Origin: the human T2T-CHM13v2.0 reference genome, Homo sapiens | DNA length: 64,000 nucleotides | Assembly: GCF_009914755.1 (NCBI RefSeq) | Contig: NC_060925.1 | Direction: 5' to 3' (one strand) | In this document: positions 16,529 through 29,835 of the stretch, in pieces | Layout of the letters: every line of letters starts with the position of its first letter | How positions within the stretch are numbered: position 1 is the stretch's first letter | Made by a program: the position numbers and the translations under genes | Notes under the pieces: model-generated | Told to the model about the DNA's origin: nothing | Seen by the model: the letters and a program-made list of their open reading frames with translations, nothing else | Databases searched by the model: none

Positions 16529-17303
16529 TTATATCTTGAAAAACTCATTGTAGAGTTGAAAAATCTTAAGTCGAACCATTGCTAAGTTGGAGACTGTAAT
16601 GAAAAATAAAAGGAACTGTAAAGAAATCTTTAACTGTATTTAGTAAGTTCGTAGTTGGTAGTAGATTGGTATAGCAACTGTAAAATGATTTGGGGTTTAA
16701 TGTAGATTAGGAAAATATACTGATGCTACTAAGAACAGAGTTCTCACTGTGGGAGTAAGGAGATGCAAATATGGAAGAGCAGAAGAGGCAGAAGAACTAA
16801 GCAGCAAGATTATTAGTGTTAGAAGTATCAGGGTGAACTCCTGACTTTGTAAAAACTCTATTTCTTAACTTTGAAAACTGACAAGGCTGAGAAGCAATGA
16901 CTCTGGTACCTGTGGGCACACTTTGCACCCAGAACTTGATTTCTAAATACCATCTCTCACTAAAAGAAACCAGGGAACCTAATGATTCGAAGGCTGAGGC
17001 AGGAACACTACAAGATGAGTCCAGAACATCTTTCTGTGCCAGAAAGTAAGGAAGTGTTTAAAATCAAACAGGAACAAACAGAGCAAAAGGACTCTGAAGC
17101 TTGAAGGTGTTCCCACTTGTCAAATGTGGGGTTGCCGAGCATCAAAATGGATGACAGGAATGCCATATTTAAAAAAGAATCCATGAGTCCACATAACCTT
17201 CTAAAATAAAAGAAAAAAAGGGAGGATGTGTGTGCAAAAGCTATCCATTACTGAACAATGTAAACTAATAAATATATATATAGAGAGAAACAGAAGAGAA
17301 AAT

Positions 17304-17600
17304 TGCTGGGTGGCTCATGCCTATAATCCCGACACTTTGGGAAACTGACTTGGGAGGATTGCTTGAGCCCAGGAGTTCAAGACCAGCCTGGGCAACATGG
17401 CAAAACCCCGTCTCTATAAAAAATACAAAAAAATTAGGTGGACGTGAAGGCATGTCCCTGTAGTCCCAGCTATTTGGAAACTGAGGTGGGAGGATCGCTT
17501 GAGTCTGGGAGATCAAGGCTGCAGTGAGCCATAATTGTGTCACTATACTCTAGCCTGGGCAACAGAGTGAGACTGTGTCTCAAAAGAAAAGAGAAAAGGC
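17304..17600 (+). mobile_element. AluJ
   Basis: Full dimer with ggaggattgcttgagcccagg. Confidence 0.85.
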
Positions 17601-17775
17601 AATGAAACAAAGAAGGAAAGAAGGGAAGGGAAGGGAAGGGAAGGGAAGGGAAGGGACAGGAAGGGAGGGGGAGGGGAGGGAAAGGGAGGGGAGGGGAGGG
17701 AGGGAGGGGAGGGGAGAGAGGAAGGATGGAAGGAAGGGAGGGAGGGAGAAGAAAGGGACAAGGGTGGGGGAAGAA
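17600..17775 (+). repeat. Purine-rich (GGAAG/GGAGG)n simple repeat
   Basis: aagggaagggaaggg...gggagggagggagaag directly after the Alu tail. Confidence 0.9.
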
Positions 17776-17799
17776 AATTACCATTTGAAAATATTTTAG

Positions 17800-18100
17800 T
17801 GGCTGGATGTGGTGGCTCATGCCTGTAATCCCAACACTTCGGTAGGCCAAGGAGGGAGGATCACTTGAGCCCAGGAGTTTAAGACCAGTCTGGGCAACAT
17901 AGGGAAACCCTGTTTCTACAAAAACTAAAAAAAAATTAGCCAAGCATGGTGGCATGCACCTGTAGTCCTGGCTACTCAGAAGGCTGAGGTGGCAGAATTG
18001 CTTGAGCCTCAGAGGTCGAGGCTGGAGTTAGCTGTGATAGCACCCCTGTACTCCAGCCTGGGTGACACAGTGAGACCCTGTCTCAAAAAATAAAATAAAA
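17800..18100 (+). mobile_element. AluJ
   Basis: Full dimer, (AAAAT)n tail. Confidence 0.85.
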
Positions 18101-19995
18101 TATTTTAGTGATAATGGATTCTGGGAAGAATCACCATAGGATACTAAAACCACTGAATGAACAATGCCTGGAGAACAGGATATTCACTCAACCTCAAAAC
18201 ATCACTTAACACATCATTTATTACTTACAAAGGTAAAATGGTGCCTCTACAATGGAGAAATCTGGTAAACTTCACTTTAACCAAATGTCAAAGTTAACAT
18301 CTCCAATAATGTGACAAACAGACCACATCTTCCTGATGTGACACACTGAGAAGGACCCAACATAGCTATGAAGTATTCCTGCTACAAAGAGTTACAACCA
18401 GAATCTGATCATGAGGAAACAAGCAGGCAATCCACATCCAAAGGGACATTCGGTAAAGCAACTAGCCCAGACACTTCAAAAATGATGATGTCTTAAAGTA
18501 CCAAAAAAAAAAAAAAAAAAAAAGCAACAGTTTTAGGTTAAAGGGGGTTAAAAAGGCATGATTATCAAATGAAGTATGTGGTGCAGGACTGGCTTCTGGG
18601 TTCTCTACCAGGAAACAGTATTGTATCAATGCCACATTTCCAGATTATGATGATTCTGTGACTTGTTGGAGAATGCTCTTGTTCTTATGAGACATATGAT
18701 AAAGAATTACAGGTGAGGTGTCATGAGATCTGAAACTCTCAAATGGTTTGGCAAAAATAACAGATGGCAAAAATAACAAAGAAAACTAATGTGACAGTTA
18801 ACTGGTGATTCAAGGAGAAAGTACGCAAATGTTCACTGTACTAATTTTGCAACTGTCCTAAAGATTTTAATTGTTCTAAAATTTCAAAAAAAACCCTAAA
18901 CTGAAGTATTAACGACTTCCATCACCCCTTTCTTTGCTTTACTCATCTCTGTACTAGTAAATGTTTACTTTATCACCATCCAGCATCCATGTTTTTACTC
19001 ATTTACTTACTGTCTCTCTCCCTCACTATAAGGTGAGCTTCACAAAGGCAGGGAACTGTGCATAGCTTGCTGTATCCCCCGTCCATTGTGCAGTGCTTAA
19101 CATATAATTGACACTCAGTAAATATTTATTGCATGACTGATGTTCCCAGTAATTCTATGAAGTGGGTTTATTATTCTCCTTTCCCTCATGTGAGTGGTAC
19201 TCTCTTCAAAAGTGAAGGTACTGAAGTGAAGAGAAGTTAGGGAACTCACACAAGTTCATGACTCAGGTGAGGAGTGGGGCCAGGATCCAAAGCTAGGCAT
19301 CTGACCCCAGAGCTGATGCTGTTAATCACTGCATTTGCAGCTTCCCTAATGAGGCAGGCTTGGGTCCCCAAAAGGGGATATACCCATTCAGTCTTGTCTT
19401 TAGTTTAAGGCCTATGCAGAGCAGTTTATAAATACATGTTTGCTGAATCAAATGACTTCTGAATGAATACATGAATTAGGTGAGAGAGATCACCAGGAAG
19501 GGACAGTTCAAATAATCTGTTGGAGGTGGAGCTTGGGCAAACTGGGTTTGCAGTGGAAGGGAGAACACAGGTACAGGCAGCAGTGACCCAAGGTGCCAGG
19601 GAATGAGGGACCAGCTTGCCTGGAGGAGAGTTACCCCATCCATTCAATTAATCCCTGTTTGTATCTCTTCTTTTCCCCAGCCACCCGCACATGAACTCCC
19701 CAGAGCTATTTGGGCCCTGTGATGGTAGTCCACCCTGGCCTTCTGGCCTCCCTGCCTCCAATTCCTCCTGACTGCAGCCTTCCTCTTTGTTGCTAACAGA
19801 TTCTTCTTCCCAGGCGCATGGTCCTGATCCTGTAAGGCCCAGGAGAAGCTCTCTCAGCTCAGAGAATCCAGACTCCCTAAGGGGACACTCAGCAATCTTT
19901 TCCCACATTATCACATGTCCACACATCACCAGTCCTTGAAGGCTGGGCTCAAATATCCTCCCTCCCATGAAGACTGCTTCACAAAAGACACTTGA

Positions 19996-20352
<357 letters not shown>

Positions 20353-21350
20353 GCCTCTTACAACACTGACTTATCTGATCGTGCGGGTACTTTTGAGTCT
20401 ATCTCAACCCCTCCCCCTTGGCTGTCTTCCATAGATGCACACGCGCACCTCCCGGGCAGGCAGCGGACGCTGAGCAAACGGACGGACGGGCTGGAGGGCT
20501 GGCAGTGGGGTGCAGGAGCCAGCCATGAGAACCCCTCAAGTACAGTTGAACTCGCTGGGAGGTTACTGCTGTACTCCCGGGGTTTTGCTATGGCCTGACT
20601 GGGGCCAATGTGTGGAGGGTGAAGGAGGATGGGGAGGCAAAATGGGAAGAAGGGGACCTATTTCCTGAGGTTGTTGTGACGACTTGGCTGACAACACACG
20701 GAGAGGATGGAACCAGTTCTGATACTAGTTTTTAGGATTTGAGGGGAGGAAAAAGGAGCAGGAGTCGCACCACTTAGGAATCCCAACGTGAGGCCGCTGC
20801 CGACTGGGCTTCCTAGTTGCCTACCCGCTCCTCGCTGTGGGGCGATTCTGAAAAGTCCTCTCTGCTGATACGGCGGACGCCGCGCGGGCGGGGACGGCAC
20901 CGCGCGGGGAGGGCAGCAGGCGTCGCCCTCGAGCAGGTGGCATCCGCGCCCGCTCCCCGTCCCGGGCGCGTTCACGGCTGGGAAAAATTTTGCAGTCCGC
21001 TGAAGCGCTCAGCGACGTTACTGGGGAAGCCCAGGAAGGAACTTGGTCACTGGAGCTCGGGAGGGGGCCGGCGGGGGGGCGCAGGCCCCGCAGGAGAGGC
21101 TAGCGGGCCGGAGCCCGTCCTTCCCTAAGGCCACACAGTTCCTTGCTGACTCCATGAGGGACACTGGCGATGAAATAACAACTTTCTCTTCCTGAAAAGG
21201 CTCCCACGGCTGAGTTGTTCCCGGCCCACAGCGACCCGTCCCCACCCGTCTCTGATCGGCAACCGCCTCGAGCCCGGCGCGTCCACCCAGCCTGGGTGCT
21301 GCCCAGTACCCGCCGGCCGGCGCGGGGCCCCTGGGGCAGGCTTCACTCAC

Positions 21351-21420
21351 CAAAGCAGTGCAGCAGGCAGACCACGCTGAGGACCCCCAGGGCCCGCCCC
21401 GCGTCGCTCCCAGCAACCAT
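21351..21420 (-). CDS. CD58: CD58 (LFA-3) exon 1 coding part, signal peptide MVAGSDAGRALGVLSVVCLLHCF(G)
   Basis: Good Kozak context (gccATGG), 70 nt ending in phase 1, donor GTGAGT at 21345-21350; the peptide matches human CD58. Remaining exons lie left of the window. Confidence 0.97.
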
Positions 21421-21717
21421 GGCTCGTCGGGCCGGCCTCTGCGCGAGTGCCCAGCCACAAGCAGCCCTAAGTTCAAGCACCGCCTACGCGGTCGGCCAGA
21501 AGTAGGGCTCCGCCCCGCCCTGGGCTGGCAGCCGGCGGCCCGCCCCGGCCCTTCCTCCCCCACCCTCCGCGGCGCCGCGTTTGTCTTCGCGCTTCCACTC
21601 CCCGGGCGCGCCTCTGGCCTCGGCTCTGCGCGCCTCCTTCCTGTGTCCCCGGGGCGCCGTCCAGTCCCCCAGCTCGGTCCCTCCCGTCATTCCGCCGCCA
21701 TTCCATACGCTATTTTT

Positions 21718-21815
21718 AAGTAAGAAATTCTTTCCTTGAAAATGGCTTGGTTTTAAAAACCAAGGTTTTAAAGTAAGAAATTCTTTCCTTGAAAATGGCT
21801 TGGTTTTAAAAACCA
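21718..21815. repeat. Tandem duplication, period 53, 45-bp identical core, each copy carrying TTCCTTGAA
   Basis: aagtaagaaattctttccttgaaaatggcttggttttaaaaacca at 21718-21762 and 21771-21815. Confidence 0.95.
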
Positions 21816-22183
21816 GGTTTCTCTGCCTTCCTACCGCACCTCCCGCGCTTCCCCTTAGCGTTTGGGGCGTGCTGTAGGCCCCTCCGTGGCTAGACGGGGC
21901 TGTGGCTCCCAGAGAGCCACCGGAGGAGGCAGCGGGACGGGCGGGAGCACCCGGGGCCCCTCATCCCTTCAGCGCTGTGTGATCCCGCATCAGACGGCCT
22001 CTTTGAACCACTTTTCCTCAAACATGACAAGGAAAGGGAGCATTTTAGACAACTGTTAGGCGTAGGGTTACCTGAGGCAGGCCTCCCCCGTCCCCATACT
22101 CCCTTATCCCCGGAGCTGGGATTTCCAGCCTTTGGTTTCTCCCTTCTCAGATTCCTCTTTTTCTGTCTTCCCCCATCTCAACC

Positions 22184-22193
22184 GGGACTTTCC
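22184..22193 (+). promoter_or_regulatory. Canonical NF-kB site GGGACTTTCC upstream of CD58
   Basis: Exact match to the Ig-kappa kB decamer; a second kB-like TGGGATTTCC lies at 22117-22126. Confidence 0.55.
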
Positions 22194-24844
22194 CTCAGGC
22201 TGAGATGTCAGATCCACATCTCCCTCACTGCCCAGCCTCCCCACATCCATCCAGCCCAAGCTGAGGCAGGCACTCATCACTCTCCCCGCTCTTCATCAGT
22301 CTGGATTGAGCTGGCCCTCCCCTCACATCCCTATATCCCAGAACAAATGACCCTATTCCCAGAACCAGCTCCTCACATCAGCCTCCCTGTCTGTCCCCTT
22401 TCTTGCAGACAGAAGCACCAGAGTTGCCCCTGCCCAGCTGAGGGAGTTCACAGAACTCTTAGTTATTATGTGAGCAGGAATCCATTTCCATGAACAGGAC
22501 TCCCTGCTGCCCAAATAACCACCAACACATGGTGCAGGTTGTGAAACTGAGTGGGAATGTGCTTTCTTGCTGCTTCACCTCCATTATCCCCAGGTGGGGA
22601 CTCGAAGTCACTCAAGACACTTGAACCATATTGCAAAGAGACATGAATTATTTCTTAAGTTAGCCATAAAATCTTAAAAGGTATCTCTATCAGTGAAACT
22701 TCTGGGACCAATGCCCTCTACCACAAACCTGCTATCTCGAGATATTCCCTACCATCTGTAGATACTGGGAACACAAGGCAGGGGCAGTGTGTAACATAAA
22801 ATATGAGGAAATCAAGTGTTCTCTGCCCTGGGCTGGTAGGAACTCAGGCCAACTTAGAAAGGCAGGATGGGGTTAGACCTTCAGACACTGGGGAGCCACA
22901 GAAAGTTTTTGAGCTGGGAAGTGATATGACAGCAAACATCTATTGAGCAGGCCCTGTGTGAAGTGCATTGCTTGGATTAACTTAGTCTTACTGCTGCTGT
23001 TGTTTTTGCAAATGAGGAAACTGATGCCTGGGGAAGGTAAATTACTCAGGGCACACAGTAAAGGGCAGAACTTGGAGTCCAGCTGAGGCCATGTCCAATG
23101 CCTCTACTCTTATCCCTTCATACAGGAACGGGATATGATAATGGGACTTTTGGACTGACAGCTATGCAGCCATTTGGACTGCCAGCAAGAGCTGTTAACC
23201 CCCTTAAGAGCAGGGCTGAGGAAAGAACAGCCCAGTCACATGGGGCTGGGGAAGCCCCTCACCCCCAGGTCATGGTCTCCAGGTATTGGGTGAGGAATAA
23301 CTCATTAGGCTTCCTTGGTTGGACTCTCCTTTGACCAAGGAGCAGTGCCTGCTCTTTCATTGAGAGAAATGCTGTCCATCAAGCACTTTTAGAAGCCCTC
23401 AAATGCCTGGTTAATTTTATGAATCAAAAGCAGCTCAGGAATGCTGGACCTGCAATGCGTTAAGCAGGCAGCCAAAAAGATTCCCTTTACATACTGAGAA
23501 CCTGCTATCAAAAGGAGGGGTGGATGTATTTTTCATGCTGTGACTAGTATTGCAAGGTCCAGTTTTATCTTCTTGTCACTGTAGATAATCATGGATGAGA
23601 AAGTAAGAAAAGAGGGCAGCTGAAGAGGCCGGGGCTGTTCTTCCTAGCATGCCACTCTCTGGTGTCTTGACTCTCGTTTCTGCCAAACCCTTGGAACTAC
23701 TCCCACAAAGCTTAGGAATCCCAGAATGTAGTGAGCAAAACACTGCTCAATCCTGCATAAATGCAAATTGTCATTTTCATTGCATGCCTCATGAGGGAAC
23801 ATACATTCATTTATATAAATACTGGTTGGATTTGCACGAAGGACATAGAAGGGTAATCTTATTCCATAATACTCTATTTCCCTTTTTAAAACATACCCTG
23901 GCAGAAAAAGAACATTAGAAAAAAATTAGGAAAAATTATACATAAGACTTAACATGGAACCATTATGGGTACCCAAGGGAGAGGCAGTCACATTTTCAAC
24001 TCCTGGCCAAGCCAGCAGCTGCAAGGAGTTGATAAGGATGCAGCCAATGGTTCTGGGAGCAGAGGAAAGCACACACGAAAGCTTTTGAAAGTCTTGGATT
24101 TAGAAAAAGAAGAAAAAAAGAAGTGTCTCCCTCTGCTTCTTACTATCTAGTTCCTTTTTGCATATTCTATGAATTTTAAAGAATTATAGATGGGTTCTGA
24201 CTAATCACGTATCACTGCTATGGTTTTAATCATTCTAACATTCTTCTCAATTTGCAGATGTAAACCCCTCCCAACACTGGAAGAGGAAACAGAGACCAGT
24301 GCGCTGTGCAGTCTCACTTAACTAGAATGCACAACTCCTGCTTTTATCACCATTCTGGGAAATCCCCGCTGCATTTCATGGCCAGGGCAGCACTTCATAG
24401 TTGGAAAAGGATGGTGTGGACTTGCCGCAGAGGCCCTAGAGAAGGCCATCCTGTGTTCCTGCTCTCCTTCTCATCCGGCTTCTACCCCCACCCCACCCCC
24501 CAACAAAAACGCTACAGGTTATAAGATCTACATTCTGAACCTGGCTTTCAGGGGCTAGGTGTGTTGTGTGTTGCACAGCTCTAGAGGTAGCATAGCCTTG
24601 ATCATCGGGGTGGAGGTGTCTATTTACTATATGTTGCAGCAGATGGCAGTGAAGTGTCTTGAGGAAGAGGTGTTTTTATCATTTGAAGGTTATGGGGTGT
24701 AATAATAAAGACTGCAATTCACAGACCTTGAGCCTAGCAGGCCAATGCCAAGGGCAGAACTGTAGGCTCCCACAGCACAGTTCCACAGAGGAAGGGGGCT
24801 GGTTAGTAAGGGGAAAGAAGGATAGAAGACTGCAGTAAATGTAA

Positions 24845-27755
24845 ACAGCCGTATTTTCAACATAATTTACTACAGGTCTCTGAAGTGTATATAAAATGTT
24901 TTAGTGCAACATCTTACAAATAGTTTTCCTTTAAAAAAACAGAAACAAATCAACAGCTCTCTACATCATGCATGGGTAGTTTTCTTACCCCATCTTTTTT
25001 TTTCCTCAATAATTAACGCAGAGAAACCATTGTTTGAAAAGAATATGAAAACTTGCTACAGAAACACCCGGTGAAAGAGGGTGTGGTCATATTCATGTCC
25101 TAGAATGCGCCTAGCACAGTGTAGTTTTTCATAAATGCAACATTGTAGACATAGATGAATCCAGAGTATTCAGCAGTTTTCCTCCGTCTCAGAAGACTAA
25201 AGCTCCAGTAGACAATGCGCAATGAGGTCTCACAGCCACTGGAGGGCACCATTACCATCCATCTGACATCGCATTTCCATAGAAATGGCCAAAGAAAGAA
25301 GGTCCTGGGGTTTTTCATAGAAAGCTCAAAAAGTTCAACCTTTGATGCTATCCCCCAGCCCAATACAAAATACACAGAAAAAGCAATTATTAAAATACTG
25401 GCTTCGGTTTCTTTTTTTCCTTTCAAATTTCCTACAATTGCTTTACATATTTGTGTGCAGCACCTACTTCTTTATCGCCGTGAACTGAAATCTAAGATTT
25501 CAAACTGAAATCTTAGTTACACATCCTAGTCCCAGCCAGCGCTCTGGCAACCTCCCATTTAGACAGAGGAAACGCCAGTCATCTTCCCTCATTGACTCAG
25601 CCTATAAAGTAGGAGTCAGCAAATTCCCACTGAAAGCCCACATCTCTGAAATAAAGAAATGGGGCAAAAGACCTTCTTTTTTCATGACTGAGCCGCTCCT
25701 GTACCTCTAATGTGTTGATGCAGCATAATAAATGAGAATCAGCATGTCAGGCAACAGCAGGATTAAGGTGGTGGTGCCTGCACACACTGTCTCACAGGAG
25801 GGTACGGTATACTTGGGGGAGAAAAGGCAGGTCTGTGTGTCTGTCAGAAAATGGCTGAGCAATCGCCACCATGCTCCCCTCAGCTGGGAATCAGCAAAGT
25901 ATCTGCCGAGCAGCCCAGGCCACCTGCATACCTGCAGACCCTTGAAGGATCAGCACAGACACTGGCCTGGGGAATCCCATGGCCTCCCCTGCAGTCTGCT
26001 CGTTCTCAGAACAGGGCTTCACTGGAATCTTTTATCAGACTTAGTTCCAGAATCCCTGATGACTTTTTCCAAACTGTGACCCCCTCTTGGGATTCAGGAT
26101 GTAAGTTCCCAGAGTAAAGGAGATGGCATGCTTGGCCAGAAAAATATGGGAAAGCAAGGGTATAAGAACATCTTCATAAAGGGAGCAAAAGGAAATATTT
26201 GCAATTGATGATGCCCTAAGAAGGACAAGCAGCACCTGGCCCAACAGTGTAAAAGAACAGGGTGACACCAGCCATCATGGGGCTCAAGGGGCGTTAAAAT
26301 AAAAAGCCACCATAACAATGAACAACCAAACAACCTAGAACCACAAGAGAGATCAAGAAAGGGAAAGGAAAAATCCCACAGACAATGCCTTGTGATCACA
26401 GTCTGCTGAGACTAGGCAAACAGAAAGGATGACAAAGGGCTGCGTCTGGACTGCCCCCAGGCTGATATTCTTATGGCAGTGAGAGGCAGGGAGAGAAAAA
26501 TGAATAAGGAAGACATCACTATAATTAAGGAAAATCTAATTGGAAGGAAGAAGAAAAACCTAGTCTTCACACCTCCAGGGAGGTAGATATTTCTCTGCAC
26601 TCTCCAACACCAGGCCCTGGAAACCCCCCTCCCACCCCTCACTGTCCCACCAAACTTAGTGTCAGCCAGCCCCGTGCCCTCCGTCAGGTGTCTGCCATGG
26701 CTGCTTTGGCCCTGTGCTCAGCTCAGGGGCCCACTTCCAAGTTCACTGGACACTTTCTTTTAAGAGTTTGGCAAAGCACCTGAAGACACAGGCCCACCTG
26801 CTCACAGTTAATCAGTTAGAGACCATCCTTGCAGCTCAGAGCAAGCCAACAGCCAGCCTTTCTCCCTTCCTTCTCTAGTCACTGGCTTTGACAAATCTGC
26901 AGGTCAGCAGCTGCTAAAAGCAGCCCCTGCCCACTTTAATTTGGAAAGTGTGTGCCGTTTGGGGCTTCTGACCCATTCTCCAAGACAGTTTTCTTATTTT
27001 TTGGCAAGGATGGGATGAAGCCTTTTTTGCCTCCCTGACAGATAGGCCGGGCACCATCTACTCCTAATGGGGTTATGCAGGATTTCTCTTGTACATACAC
27101 AGTTCTTTGAAGCAAAATTCAGTGCTTTCGTCTTGACTACAAAGTGGTTCCAATAACTCCAGCTGAGGGAAAAGACAACATACAAATTTTGCCCACACTA
27201 CACACAATTCTTAAGTCTTGTTAAGAAAGTAAAAAACGTTTGGGTATATTTTGATCCATGGGTGGCATTTTCAAATGTGCAAAAACAAAGTCTTGGAAGA
27301 GATTCCTTGTCACTAGAAAGTTCGCCCTTCCTTTTGCTGTCAGTTGTACGTAAGAGAAATTCGTCCACATTAAGGAATCCAAAAAGGGTAAACTAAAGGG
27401 ATTTAAAAAGAGTACATTACAAAGAATAAGAAGCCCTGTAACATCTATCTGAGAATACTAGATAAATCTGTGAGTAGATGTGGCACCTGGAGCTACTCAC
27501 TACATTACTAAAAACAGAAACAAGAAATCTATAATGGCAGGATCACAACATTTGCGCGCAAATAGCTAACCAACCAAGACTGCCACCGAGAGGCAGTCTG
27601 TCTCTGTGACTGACTGGGAACTTGGAACACTTTTCAAGTCTGACAACTTTCCACACACATGCACCCCAGAGTTTGGGTGCTGTCAACTGTCCAATCACAG
27701 AGAAAGGGAGAGCCTCAGCTCCTCCGTGGCCAACATCCGCTGGGGCATCACCCGC
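24845..27755 (-). other. IGSF3: IGSF3 3'UTR (~2.9 kb)
   Basis: Repeat-free sequence following the stop codon; distal end approximate. Confidence 0.7.
24866..24871 (-). terminator. IGSF3: Candidate IGSF3 poly(A) signal, variant AGTAAA
   Basis: tttact on the plus strand, at the end of an AT-rich UTR-like tract; no AATAAA seen nearby on the minus strand; position agrees with my recollection of the gene end. Confidence 0.5.
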
Positions 27756-28006
27756 TTAGTCTATGGCCCCTGGATGGATACTGAGAACAGGGGGCTCCAG
27801 GCAAGTAGGGGAGTAGTTGAGGTGTGGCTCTTTGATCCACAGCAGAGGCACCCCATTCTTCCCATCAGAGTTCTTGCTGGAGTTCCGGCTCTTGAAACGC
27901 ACCAGAAGGATGGTGATGATAAGAATGCCAAAGATGGGGAAAGGGTAGAAGAAGACGAAGTAGAAGAGTGCGTCGTTGGAGCAGATGATGGACTGGAGGG
28001 TGGGAC
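27756..28006 (-). CDS. IGSF3: IGSF3 last coding exon: stalk, TM helix (ALFYFVFFYPFPIFGILIITILLV), cytoplasmic tail ...SIHPGAID*
   Basis: Acceptor ttttcAG at 28007-28008, 251 nt to TAA at 27756-27758; translated by hand (this frame is not in the ORF track). Confidence 0.95.
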
Positions 28007-29835
28007 CTGAAAAGAATCATGAGAGAGACAAGACAATGAGGGCTGAGAACCTGGACTGCTCACATTTCCTTTTGAAGACCTCACCTGACCCAGTGGAAGC
28101 TCCTCGGTGACACTCCCACACCACCTTGTCTTTCCCCTGCTACCATTAATGGTGGAAGATGACCCTTATATTCTTTTTCTCGCAACACCTCTCCTAATTT
28201 ACGGCTGTATGTTCCAACAAAGCAATGCTTCTGTTTTCCATTGAGAGCCATTATTGCTGCTTGGAAAGCCACATAATGAAACATAATTTATTGATTGTGA
28301 ACTCAACTGCATCTAGAATGGTGAAGAAGCTGCTCTGGTTCAGTCGGAGCCTCCTGCATGGTTGGATTTTACATGCCCCTTTGCACTTAGTTCTGCTACA
28401 GACTTCCTTCTCTGGGATTATGACACAATCCCTTCCTGCCAGCTTCTGAGAGCAGTTTTACCAGAAATGACACTTACCTGATTAATGTTATCAATTAAAT
28501 GTCATTATGGACCACTTACAAACGTCCACAGTGTGTCCGTGGCCACAAAGAACACAGTATTAGTTATAGCTGGATATGGAAGAGAATAAACCAGGCGCCC
28601 CAAGACAGGTTGAGGGCTGCTCTATAAGTCATTAGACCTTGGCAGGAGCCTAGCCTCTGGGAGCCCCTGTTTTCTCTGTAAAATAAGGCTGCTGGGTGAC
28701 CTCTGTGCTCGATGAAGCTTAATAATTAGGGACATCCACAATGGACAGGTAAAATGTTGCCTAGACTGCTTTGTTTTCGCTTTGAGGCAGTGGGTTATTC
28801 AGTGGATCACAGGGTGGTCTATGTATGATGCAGCCTGCTTTCCCTTTTACTGAATAGCTGTTGCTCATCAGTATTATTAAGAACATTTAATCTGCCTGTT
28901 ATTCAATTTCCAAAGTGTATGAAACTGCTGATAGTCCACCATTGTTGACCTGCAAAACTCCAATTTCATATGGTTCTAACACAATGTGAGCACGGGGTGA
29001 TCAAGGCAAAAAAATAGTGGCCCAAACTTTAAAAACTCAAATCAAGATGATGTTGAAAAATGTTTTGACTAAAAAGAAGTTAAAAATTCCAGCAATCTTT
29101 TTTTTCTTTCTGTATTCTAGGCTAATTCTACTATAACACCATTTTTAGTCTAATGTAGTCCACATTTTGATGGCAAGCCAACCAAGAGTGCATTGTTACA
29201 ACAAATAATTCAGGCCAGCAATACTTCCCCCAGTCTCTGTTCATAGTGGAAGTCCCTCAGGATCATGGAAACTGCATTCTGGGCAGCTGCAAATCCATCC
29301 CCTCTCAGCTCTCCTCTAATATCACAGCCCTTCTAGGCTGGTCCTCCCAACCATACAAGATCCACCTCAACCTCCAAGGCACCCTCCAAAATAACAATAA
29401 CGCAGAAACTGGACAAAAAGAAATAATGACAGTGAGGTAGTCAGCCTTCATTTTTTTCCCTTTCCCTTGTGAGTCTGAAACGCTTGCTAATTCGCTAAAG
29501 ACTAGTTCCAATATTCTAAAAAATAACAAAGTAACACCTAACAATATACTAGTATAATGAAATATTACTAAAATTGAATCTGGTAGAACATCGAGTTTAT
29601 TATAAAGATTATATGGTATGTTATCACTTTAATTTCTATCCCTATTTTTGCATGGGTAATCAAGGGTCAATTATATGAACTAATATATCCAATCCCACCA
29701 TATCTCAAATCCTACTAATAAATGCCCATGACAGTTAAGAAAACTGTTTATTAACCCATAATCAAGCTCAAATTTATCTTCCAGACACAGTTGGAACCAA
29801 CAGTGACATCCTCCCTCTGTACTTGGGAAACTCAC

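Larger units (their letters stand above)
20780..22000. promoter_or_regulatory. CD58: CD58 promoter CpG island with GC box (ccccgccc 21513-21520)
   Basis: High GC and CpG density spanning exon 1; no TATA box seen. Confidence 0.9.

Noticed and set aside
20658-22059. Many overlapping 65-181 aa ORFs on both strands around CD58 exon 1
   Set aside because: Stop-poor GC-rich CpG-island artefacts; the real coding segment is the 70-nt signal-peptide exon
26580-26586. let-7 seed match (CTACCTC, minus) in the IGSF3 3'UTR
   Set aside because: A single 7-mer in 2.9 kb can occur by chance; conservation cannot be assessed here
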